Below, in pieces: positions 47,225 to 55,019 of a DNA stretch of 64,000 nt. Source of the DNA: a virus. The notes under the pieces were generated by a model that saw only the letters and a list, made by a program, of their open reading frames with translations, was not told the origin of the DNA and did no database searches. A program made the position numbers and the translations under genes. How positions within the stretch are numbered: the first letter of the stretch is position 1; the number at the start of each line of letters is the position of its first letter. The stretch lies in IMG/VR virus record IMGVR_UViG_3300045988_088194, one strand, 5' to 3'.

Positions 47225-47256
47225 CAAAGGTAAGAAGTATAAATAAAAAAAGCAAG
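47225..47256 (-). promoter_or_regulatory. Bacteroidota-type promoter candidate for the lysis cassette
   Basis: Minus strand reads CTTG-ctttttttatttatacttct-TACCTTTG. The CTTG is the last part of the preceding terminator stem. Confidence 0.55.
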
Positions 47257-47283
47257 AGGTTAAGTAGAACACTTAACCTCTTG
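47244..47283 (-). terminator. rho-independent terminator after the 559-aa BACON protein gene
   Basis: 13-bp stem CAAGAGGTTAAGT / ACTTAACCTCTTG (47253-47283) with a 5-nt loop, followed on the minus strand by CTTTTTTTATTT. Confidence 0.8.
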
Positions 47284-47305
47284 TTAATTTTATTCTAATC
47301 TATGA

Positions 47306-48985
47306 TTAGGACAATGTCCAAGAATCATTAGATGTGATAGTTAATGTCTTAGTCTCACCAGCTGCAATGAATGACATTGTATCAGGAGAGAGGTCAAGAG
47401 TTGAGCTTGAACCCTGCTGGTTGAATGTAATATCCTTAGTAGCAGTCTTACCACCTTCACCCTCAGCTGAGATTGTAACAACAAAGCCACCTCTTTCATG
47501 TGTTGTAGGGTTAAGACCAACAGTAACCTTACCAGTATTAGTCTCAAGTGAGAAGCCTTCCTTAGCAGTCTTAACTGTATAATCAGCAGAGAGCTGTACC
47601 TTATTGTCTGCTGGAGTAGCCTCAGTCCTTGTAGCACCAGAAGTGTAAGTAACTGTCTGCTTCATAGCAGGAACAATCTGGTAAGTCTCACCAGGGGCAT
47701 TCAAGGATACTGGAGTAGCCTGACCAATAGTTACCTCACCATAAGTTGCAGAGTTAGCTGCCTGGTATACAGTAACTGACTTAGTAGCAGTCTTATCACC
47801 TGCACCTGTTGCAGTGATTGTGATAACACCTGCTTCAGTCCTTGCAGAAACTGCTGTACCCTTAGAAGCTGCTGTAATAGCATCACTGTAGGTAACTGCA
47901 ATAGCGTCAAATACAGGACTTGTAGAACCAGTGTCATTAGAAATGTTAACTGTGGCACCTGAAGTGTAGCTAATTGTCTGAGTAGCAATAGCTCCCTCAC
48001 CAGACCATGTGATGTTAGATGAACCAATGGAACCGCCTGATGCTGGAATATCACTAACTGAAGGAACTCTACTTGAGAACTCAACATCACCGTAATTAAT
48101 TATGTTAGCATCCTGCTCTACAGTAGCTGTTACAGGGTCTGCGGCTACTCCATTTATTGTAAGATTAAGCCTAACCGTTGCAACGGTAGTTTTATCTGAA
48201 ACAACGGTACCTTTTGAAGGAACTGTTACTACTCCATTATCCTTGTTCACAGATACTCCGTCTGCTCCAGAAACTTTGACATACCCCAATGTTATAGGAT
48301 ATGTATCAGAAAATATTGGGCTTACAATAGTTCCTCCGTTTGTCTTTGATTCATTCCAACCCCATTGCTGAGTGATTTGTAATCTACTATCAGGCATCAC
48401 ATCTCTTCCAGATGCTTCTACTAATGGATATTCAAAGCCTGAAACTACTGGTTTACTGTAATTCTTAACACCTGCTGCTTGAGTAATTGTAACTTCTTCT
48501 GAATATACATTACCTGCTGCGTTCATAACTACAGATTTAAACTCTCTAGTAGATTCTGATTTATTCTCTGGAATAGTTACAGTAATAGTGAAGTCATATA
48601 TTGCAGATGCACCTGGGTCTCCATCTACAGCAGTGTCTTTAAAACCGTCCCAAGATTCATCAGTTACTCCTGCTACAGCAAGTTTAACTGGAAGGGAGCC
48701 ATCTGCTGTATCGAATCTACATACAAGATTAGCAGAGTTAGACCTACCTTGAATAGTTACATTCTGTCCAATAGCAACTGCTGAATAGGATACTGTTTCA
48801 ATAGTAATAACCTCAGCAGCACCTACCTGAGATACAGCTGTGGTATCAGTAGCTCCACCTGCTGTTGTACCAGTAATAGTACCCTCTCTGGCAACTCTAC
48901 CAGTGTAGGCAGCAGCAGTAATTTCACTTGAGCCATTCATGGAACCTTCTGTGGTTCCAATAGTAATCCATTTTGGTTTAGCCAT
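47306..48985 (-). CDS. Ig-like/BACON-domain repeat protein (559 aa); surface (head or tail) decoration candidate
   Basis: Thr/Ala/Gly/Val-rich beta repeats. Recurrent units ITATGAGDKTATKSVTVYQ / VTISAEGEGGKTATKDITFNQ. BACON-like ends: N-terminal KWITIGTTEGSMNGSSEIT...R..G.IT and C-terminal LDLSPDTMSFIAAGETKTLTITSNDSWTLS. Confidence 0.7.
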   Translation of the reverse strand: MAKPKWITIGTTEGSMNGSSEITAAAYTGRVAREGTITGTTAGGATDTTAVSQVGAAEVITIETVSYSAVAIGQNVTIQGRSNSANLVCRFDTADGSLPVKLAVAGVTDESWDGFKDTAVDGDPGASAIYDFTITVTIPENKSESTREFKSVVMNAAGNVYSEEVTITQAAGVKNYSKPVVSGFEYPLVEASGRDVMPDSRLQITQQWGWNESKTNGGTIVSPIFSDTYPITLGYVKVSGADGVSVNKDNGVVTVPSKGTVVSDKTTVATVRLNLTINGVAADPVTATVEQDANIINYGDVEFSSRVPSVSDIPASGGSIGSSNITWSGEGAIATQTISYTSGATVNISNDTGSTSPVFDAIAVTYSDAITAASKGTAVSARTEAGVITITATGAGDKTATKSVTVYQAANSATYGEVTIGQATPVSLNAPGETYQIVPAMKQTVTYTSGATRTEATPADNKVQLSADYTVKTAKEGFSLETNTGKVTVGLNPTTHERGGFVVTISAEGEGGKTATKDITFNQQGSSSTLDLSPDTMSFIAAGETKTLTITSNDSWTLS

Positions 48986-49011
48986 AAATTAAATTTAATT
49001 TAATGTTTTTT

Positions 49012-49033
49012 AAAAAGGGGAGTAACACTCCCC
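49012..49033 (-). terminator. rho-independent terminator after the 532-aa gene
   Basis: GGGGAGT / ACTCCCC stem (49017-49033) with a 3-nt loop, followed on the minus strand by TTTTT. Confidence 0.6.
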
Positions 49034-49051
49034 ATAAATTATTAACAATTA

Positions 49052-50650
49052 TTATTGAATACTCCAAGAAGTATTAGAAGTAATTTGCACTGTTTCCTTT
49101 CCTCCCTCTGCACTAAATTCTAATGAAGATGGAACAATTTCTAATTGTTCAGGCTGTTTTTCTTGCTGTATAGTAGGAATATCAGAGTCTGCCTTAAGAG
49201 TTGTAGGAGCAGCTGAATTACTTGCATTACATCTGATAGTAGCAGTTCTCTGGGCTAAGTTTGTATTTTCAGACCAAGTGAATATTCCATTACCTTTAGA
49301 GGTAATGCCTTCTCCCTGTACTACCATCCATAGTGTACCAGTACTGTCAGAAGTTACATCCCTTATTTCTGTAGAGTTATCACTGTATCTAACAGAAACC
49401 ATTGCCTTTAAAGCTATGTCTCCTCCTTTAAAAGAAACATTGTTTATTGGATTAGGAGAAGAATCTGCTTGGGTAATTGTAAGATTATCCCAAACAATCT
49501 CTGAGACTACTTCAATGTTCTTAGTTTCAGTTTCAGTAACTGTATAATCCTCTTCATAAGTCTTACTTACTGCACTTGATATCTTAATGTGAACCTTTGT
49601 ATTATAATCTACTGTGATTGAATCCCTAACAACACCATTTAATTCTACAGTTGGTTTAAGGCTGGCAGCCATAGGCATTGGAACTACAGCTACAGTAAGA
49701 GTAACCTGTTCAGCAACTAAAGTTATATCTTTAACAGTGTCTTCTGTGATTGTTTGAGTACCACTCTGTGGCTCATAATGAGGAGCTTCTACAGACCAAG
49801 TAACTTCAGTACCATTTTTAACAATTACTGAATTTGTTACTTTACCATTTATAGTCACTACTGCATCTAAAGGCTTCAGGACATTTATGGTAAAATTAGA
49901 TTCATCACTTCCTATAACATCAAGAGCAACTTTGAAAGTGGTTGAATTTTGAACAACTTCACTACCACTCTTTGTTATATATCCACTTTTAGATACTTCC
50001 CAAGTTACTGTTGAGCCTTTATCTATTGTAATGGATTTTCCAGTAACTCCATTAAGTCTAACTGTACAATCATCTGGAATTGGGCTTACAGTAAATGTTA
50101 CTTGTTCTTTACTAAGTTCAGGTCTAAGAGTTATATCTTTATCTACCAAAACAAACTCTTCATAAGTTACATATCCTTCAGCCTGTACTTTAACATTGAC
50201 TGTAGAACCATTAACAACCTGCAAAGAACTTTGCTCTATGCCATTTATAAATACAGTTGCATTAGGAGTAACTGGTTCTACAGTGAGTGTATATTTAGTA
50301 GTTAATGTACTTAGTACCCTGTTGATATCCTCTAAACTTTTATCAATATTACCAAAGTGTATATCAGCTTCCTTTATAAATGTATTCAATGAAGTATTGA
50401 TTTTAAGCACCTTCTCTTCAAGAATTCCTATTCTCTGAAGTGCATCTCCAATATCACTATTTATATTTTGTCTTACAAAAGTATAGAGTTGGTCTAAGGT
50501 CATTGACCTGTTTTTCCCATCCTTTACAAAGGCTATAAAATCTTTCTTACTAATAGATGTCCAATCATCCAGAGGTTTAAAATCTGAATCTTTTTTACAC
50601 ATTGCAGAAAGCTTTTTTGATATTTCTTGTATTTGTTGTAATGTAAACAT
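49052..50650 (-). CDS. fibre-like protein (532 aa): N-terminal coiled coil, four PEGA-like beta-sandwich repeats, C-terminal BACON-like domain
   Basis: Four units of about 70 aa (TLTVEPVTPNATVFINGIEQ..GYVTY.., VTFTVSPIPDDCTVRLNGVTG..GYITK.., FTINVLKPLDAVVTINGKVT..HYEPQ.., VTLTVAVVP..PTVELNGVVRD..). The C-terminus reads LEIVPSSLEFSAEGGKETVQITSNTSWSIQ. Confidence 0.7.
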   Translation of the reverse strand: MFTLQQIQEISKKLSAMCKKDSDFKPLDDWTSISKKDFIAFVKDGKNRSMTLDQLYTFVRQNINSDIGDALQRIGILEEKVLKINTSLNTFIKEADIHFGNIDKSLEDINRVLSTLTTKYTLTVEPVTPNATVFINGIEQSSLQVVNGSTVNVKVQAEGYVTYEEFVLVDKDITLRPELSKEQVTFTVSPIPDDCTVRLNGVTGKSITIDKGSTVTWEVSKSGYITKSGSEVVQNSTTFKVALDVIGSDESNFTINVLKPLDAVVTINGKVTNSVIVKNGTEVTWSVEAPHYEPQSGTQTITEDTVKDITLVAEQVTLTVAVVPMPMAASLKPTVELNGVVRDSITVDYNTKVHIKISSAVSKTYEEDYTVTETETKNIEVVSEIVWDNLTITQADSSPNPINNVSFKGGDIALKAMVSVRYSDNSTEIRDVTSDSTGTLWMVVQGEGITSKGNGIFTWSENTNLAQRTATIRCNASNSAAPTTLKADSDIPTIQQEKQPEQLEIVPSSLEFSAEGGKETVQITSNTSWSIQ

Positions 50651-50652
50651 TT

Positions 50653-50805
50653 CTATCTTTGTTTATAAGTTACTTGCAATGTCCAACTGTCATTAGATTC
50701 AACAAGGAGAGTTTTAGATTCATCTCCTTGTGTGTTGTAATTTAAAGATTCTGGAAGAAGCCTAATATAAGAAGTGGAATTATTCTTTAATAGGTTTCTA
50801 AACAT
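50653..50805 (-). CDS. mini-ORF (50 aa) encoding a lone BACON-like C-terminal segment
   Basis: Hand translation: MFRNLLKNNSTSYIRLLPESLNYNTQGDESKTLLVESNDSWTLQVTYKQR. The ATG lies 2 nt after the upstream stop and the stop lies 2 nt before the next ATG. ESNDSWTLQ parallels TSNDSWTLS and TSNTSWSIQ of the two downstream proteins. Confidence 0.4.
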   Translation of the reverse strand: MFRNLLKNNSTSYIRLLPESLNYNTQGDESKTLLVESNDSWTLQVTYKQR

Positions 50806-50807
50806 GC

Positions 50808-51254
50808 TCATTTAAAAATCCCCCAAACAGCTAAATTATTCAAAACACTTACAACTATTACAGAATTTGCTTCTGAAACTGGACTCTTGCCATCCTGCCA
50901 CTTAATAGTGGAATCTCCAATTACTTTATGTACTGTCTCTCCTATTGTAATATAATAAATCACTTCATTAGTAAGAGAAGGATTAGAAGTTATCATATAA
51001 TCTTCTGTAAGAGCAGGAATTTCATGGTAAGTAACTCCTCCACCAAATAATCTCCACTTTCCAGTAGTAGCATCTACAGAGTTATTAGGGTCATATTTAT
51101 ATGTATTCCTGTCTTCTTCACAGAATGAAATATGCCCAGGGTCAAGAAAATTCTCTCTATATTCCTTCATTTCTGCAAGAGTCTTAAAGGAGTCTCTTGT
51201 GAAATTAGGTTGAATACCTTTGAATGCTATATTAGAACTAAATGCTAATGCCAT
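50808..51254 (-). CDS. hypothetical virion-module protein (148 aa)
   Basis: ORF tightly packed between fibre-like genes. No motif recognised. Confidence 0.6.
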   Translation of the reverse strand: MALAFSSNIAFKGIQPNFTRDSFKTLAEMKEYRENFLDPGHISFCEEDRNTYKYDPNNSVDATTGKWRLFGGGVTYHEIPALTEDYMITSNPSLTNEVIYYITIGETVHKVIGDSTIKWQDGKSPVSEANSVIVVSVLNNLAVWGIFK

Positions 51255-51262
51255 AGTGCGTA

Positions 51263-52507
51263 TTACTTAAAGTTGAATTTAAATGTATCCTCATAATTAG
51301 GCTGAGTACTTCTATATATATAACATTCCTCTCCACCTATAACTTTTGTAGCAACAGGCTCTGGAGTTGTACTTGGTGTACTAATAACCCAGTTATCAGC
51401 TGCTGCACCTCCAGCATTAACATCTTGAACTTGTGTAAGAGTTCCAAATCTCTTAGGATAAATGTATGTGCAAATACCTTCTACAGGAATTGTAATAGCA
51501 ACATTATATGCTTCTTTACTTGTAGCTACTTCCTTAGTAAAACCATTTACTACCTCATCTGAGAGATTATTGAAATCTGTGTCTAAAGGAGCCGCTCCAT
51601 AATACCTATAATATGTTTTCTTGAAAGTGACTGTAGTGCTTCCATTATAGGTTTTACCCTTGTAAACTACTACCACTCTATAAGTTGTAGTTGTAGTTAC
51701 ATCAGTGAATACCTTGTAGTTCACTGATGGGTCTACTGTTTCTCCATTTACAGTTACAGAGTCTGGAGTAAGAGTCTGACCATTCTTCTGAAGTTTCCAT
51801 GTTACAGTGATTACTTGAGTAGTACCTTCATCATATGTTCCTCCTCCAGATACAGAAAGGGTAGTAGGAAATACTTTTTCATCAAGTTGGGCAAGCAATT
51901 CATTCATTGCATTGATTTGCAATGTGATTACCTTATTCTGAACTGGATTTACAGAAGTTTCACTAAGAGCATCATCTACAGTTACAGGACTTCCTCCTTG
52001 GATTTCTATATTCCCTTCACCAGTTATTTCCTGACCATTGATAGTCTTAAACTTCTGGTTAGAAATAGCTTCACTTAACTCATCCTTAGAAGCTAAACCA
52101 GAAGTGTCAGGGATATCACTTTTAAGAGCATAGTTTCCTTTTGGCTGATAAAGTTCCTGTGCTTTTACTTCAGACAACAGTCCTTCTATTGAAGGTATAT
52201 CAGACTTTTGAGCATATTCAAGAAGTGCTGTATTTAAGGCATCTTCTGTAACATAGTTTTTAAGGTCTGGAATTATAATCCCCAATTCTTCAAGAGAGAG
52301 GTTCCCTTCAAGAACTACATTATTAATCTTAGGTTTATTCTCTAAGTCATTGTAGTTTGAAGTTCCTTCTCCAGAACTGGTACCTATTTTTCTCCATCCT
52401 CCATCATACACATGAAGAGTGTTGATATTGTTATCACCTGCCTTTATCCAAAGGACATTATGTAATGCAGGAGGAGTAGTAGAAAATACAATATCTCTGA
52501 TTATCAT
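51263..52507 (-). CDS. tail-fibre/receptor-binding type protein (414 aa)
   Basis: NYNDLENKPKINNVVLEGNLSLEELGI matches the Y-x-D-L-x-N-K-P-x-I-N-x-x-x-L-x-G-N repeat that I know from phage fibre proteins. Lies directly downstream of the portal candidate. Confidence 0.6.
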   Translation of the reverse strand: MIIRDIVFSTTPPALHNVLWIKAGDNNINTLHVYDGGWRKIGTSSGEGTSNYNDLENKPKINNVVLEGNLSLEELGIIIPDLKNYVTEDALNTALLEYAQKSDIPSIEGLLSEVKAQELYQPKGNYALKSDIPDTSGLASKDELSEAISNQKFKTINGQEITGEGNIEIQGGSPVTVDDALSETSVNPVQNKVITLQINAMNELLAQLDEKVFPTTLSVSGGGTYDEGTTQVITVTWKLQKNGQTLTPDSVTVNGETVDPSVNYKVFTDVTTTTTYRVVVVYKGKTYNGSTTVTFKKTYYRYYGAAPLDTDFNNLSDEVVNGFTKEVATSKEAYNVAITIPVEGICTYIYPKRFGTLTQVQDVNAGGAAADNWVISTPSTTPEPVATKVIGGEECYIYRSTQPNYEDTFKFNFK

Positions 52508-52515
52508 AGCTAAAA

Positions 52516-54939
52516 TTATTTACTACTTACTGGTTTCTTGTTTATTTGTTTCTCCTTTAATCTGGCATCCTCTTCCTGCTTATCTCTCTGTACCTTGAGT
52601 TTCTCCCTTTCAAAGGCCATTTTAGTATCAAACTCTCTTATCTGCTCCCTAAGTTTTGCAGCTGCTTCTTCAGACATAGGCTCCTGAATACCATCATTAA
52701 TGTCTACTTCTGAGTCCTGAAGTTTAGATTGAGCATTAATCTGGGCAACAAGAATCTTGGTCTCATTATCTCTCTGATTAAGCATATCTTCCTGCTGCAT
52801 CTTCTGCATTTCAGTCTGCTGTTGCATCTGAGCTTGTTGCTGCTGAGCCTGAAGCTGCTGCTGTTGCTGCTGTTGAGCCATTTCCCTTATCTTCCTTTCA
52901 TCATTCTCAACCATTCTTTGCTTTTCAGCAAGGGACGAAGCACCATATATCTTCATTATAGTTGAGAATGAAAGGGTCTGATTCTGTAGGGCTGCCTGAG
53001 CAAGTGTCTCAAGTTGAGACTGTAACTTTTGAAGTCCTTCAGAGTTGTCTACTACAAGACCATAGTCAGCTTCTGCAAATTCATCTCCATCTATATTTAC
53101 TATCTGCATTGAATTGTCAGACAGTATATACTGGAACTTCTTGCTTCTTCCTTTAAGGGCTACTTTTGCAGTTTCAAGGAAGCACTCAAGGGCTCTCCTC
53201 TTCACATCATCATGTATAGTAAAGAGCCATTCTGTTATATGTGATGACTGGAGAGTTGCTCTCTCAACACCACCTACAGTCTCTCTATTGCTTATCTGAC
53301 CTTCTCTCTGTCTTGTGATACCTGCAACTTCAGACATCTCAAGCTTGATAAACTCAAGAAGGTTTATATATTGCTGTATGTTATTACCCCAGTCAGCATC
53401 AATCACACCTGTAGAGGCATTATTAAGTGCTCCTGCAAGCTTTCCTGTTGCAGCACCTATATTTCCCTCTTTGAAGGAATCTACTACAGCAATTCCATTA
53501 ACCTTGGCATAGTACAACCATTTCTCTATTTCCCATCCTTTTGGAACCTTAGCAAGGTCAAGCTGTATAATCTTACCCCAGTTCTTAGCAATCATCTTGT
53601 TAAGTCTATCATGAACAGCATCATACAAATAGTTATACTGCTTCATCATATCAACAAGAGAGAAAGGTCTTGATTCATTAAGGTTATATATAGAACCTAC
53701 TATACCAAAATGACATCTTGATGGATTTGAAAGCCTGTTGTACTGTACAACTCTTGGTCTCATATTGACATATATATCCTGACCAATCTTTGTTCCTTCC
53801 CAAGCTTCATTAATCCAGAATGTCTGCTCTTCTTCTCCTAAGTCAGGATTACAGATATAAGTCTCTGGGTAGAAGTTGAAAGTCTCTTCACCTGTTTCAG
53901 GGTCATAGGACTTTACCTTCTTTATCTTCCTTCTTGATTTCCAGTACATTCTTAGAACTCTAAGATTACCTGCAAGGTCATAAGGAAGCAGGGAGTTTAC
54001 CACTGCATCTGAGAACAGGTTAAGTGGGTCAAAGTAGAAACCATCAGTAACTACTTCATCCCCTACCATATTATTATTTACAAATCCATACCTCTCATCT
54101 ATATTATCCATAGAGTCTGAATAGGCTTGACCTATATGGTCAGGCAGCTTTTCAATATACTCCATATCCTTTTTAGAGAGAACATCATAGAAAGTATCTA
54201 TAACCCTTCCTGGGCTCCAGTAATCTTCTATGATTATAACATCTGCATCTTCTATCCTATTGGAATAGCCAGACTTGAACACTCTTATCTTAAGAGGATT
54301 TACCCTTTCAATGACTGGTTCCCCTCCTACTATATCACACTGATAAATCTCTTCACCCACAGTCATGGCATCCATGAAACCATTGTTGAAGAGAAGTGGC
54401 ATATTATATTCCTTTATATAATGATTGAGAAGAGCATTTGCTCTTATCTCTCTCATATCCTGCCATTGGTATGTATAGTAGTCATTAAGCTTCTCTAACT
54501 CCTGATTGAAATCTTCCTCAGAGAGTGAGTTGTCAGCAATCAACTGTTGAAGTGAAGCAAGAAGCTGCTCCTTCTTATGGTCTTCAACCTCTGTTACAGC
54601 ATTAGGATTAGTCACTACCACCTTAAAGTCAAATACCCTCTTTGACTCCTCACCTCTAAGAACATTCAGTTTGGAGTTCATAATAGGATAGTGCTGTATT
54701 CTGTCAGGTATGTAGCCTACCTTTATGCTTTCTGGGTTTATGATTGCTTCCATGTCCTCCATGTGGAGCTTTCCATTAAGGAGGTCATAGTTTATCTTCT
54801 TATGTATTGTGCTTTTCCTTACAGGAGAATAGTTGAAGAATGTCTTGGAATCTGCCCAATCCATACATTGCTTCCTCCACTTCTTTGTCTTCTGTGAGAA
54901 GGGCAGTTGTTGCCTTGGAAAATTAATAAATTCTGACAT
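52516..54939 (-). CDS. portal protein candidate (807 aa) with a Gln-rich C-terminal tract
   Basis: Large ORF immediately downstream of the large terminase, with size in the range I recall for crAss-like portals. C-terminal AQQQQQQQLQAQQQQAQMQQQ coil. The call is positional. Confidence 0.6.
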   Translation of the reverse strand: MSEFINFPRQQLPFSQKTKKWRKQCMDWADSKTFFNYSPVRKSTIHKKINYDLLNGKLHMEDMEAIINPESIKVGYIPDRIQHYPIMNSKLNVLRGEESKRVFDFKVVVTNPNAVTEVEDHKKEQLLASLQQLIADNSLSEEDFNQELEKLNDYYTYQWQDMREIRANALLNHYIKEYNMPLLFNNGFMDAMTVGEEIYQCDIVGGEPVIERVNPLKIRVFKSGYSNRIEDADVIIIEDYWSPGRVIDTFYDVLSKKDMEYIEKLPDHIGQAYSDSMDNIDERYGFVNNNMVGDEVVTDGFYFDPLNLFSDAVVNSLLPYDLAGNLRVLRMYWKSRRKIKKVKSYDPETGEETFNFYPETYICNPDLGEEEQTFWINEAWEGTKIGQDIYVNMRPRVVQYNRLSNPSRCHFGIVGSIYNLNESRPFSLVDMMKQYNYLYDAVHDRLNKMIAKNWGKIIQLDLAKVPKGWEIEKWLYYAKVNGIAVVDSFKEGNIGAATGKLAGALNNASTGVIDADWGNNIQQYINLLEFIKLEMSEVAGITRQREGQISNRETVGGVERATLQSSHITEWLFTIHDDVKRRALECFLETAKVALKGRSKKFQYILSDNSMQIVNIDGDEFAEADYGLVVDNSEGLQKLQSQLETLAQAALQNQTLSFSTIMKIYGASSLAEKQRMVENDERKIREMAQQQQQQQLQAQQQQAQMQQQTEMQKMQQEDMLNQRDNETKILVAQINAQSKLQDSEVDINDGIQEPMSEEAAAKLREQIREFDTKMAFEREKLKVQRDKQEEDARLKEKQINKKPVSSK

Positions 54940-54960
54940 TCTTAGTTCTTTTTAACTGTG

Positions 54961-54992
54961 CAAAAGTAATAAAACTTATCCTATTAAACAAT
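54961..54992 (-). promoter_or_regulatory. Bacteroidota-type promoter candidate for the portal gene
   Basis: Minus strand reads ATTG-tttaataggataagttttat-TACTTTTG, 21 nt upstream of ATG 54939. The ATTG lies in the terminator hairpin. Confidence 0.55.
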
Positions 54993-55000
54993 AGGATAAG
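54969..55000 (-). terminator. rho-independent terminator after the terminase gene
   Basis: CTTATCCTATT / AATAGGATAAG 11-bp stem (54975-55000), followed on the minus strand by TTTTATT. Confidence 0.7.
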
Positions 55001-55019
55001 TAAATTATTAAGGGTAGTA

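Noticed and set aside
47341-48371. Several overlapping 80-120-aa ORFs in other frames of the 559-aa gene. I considered a hidden overprinted gene or a diversity-generating retroelement target.
   Set aside because: The open frames follow from the biased Thr/Ala/Gly/Val codon content (few stop-forming triplets). No reverse transcriptase and no template/variable repeat pair occur in the window. The internal nucleotide repeats correspond to tandem Ig-like protein units.
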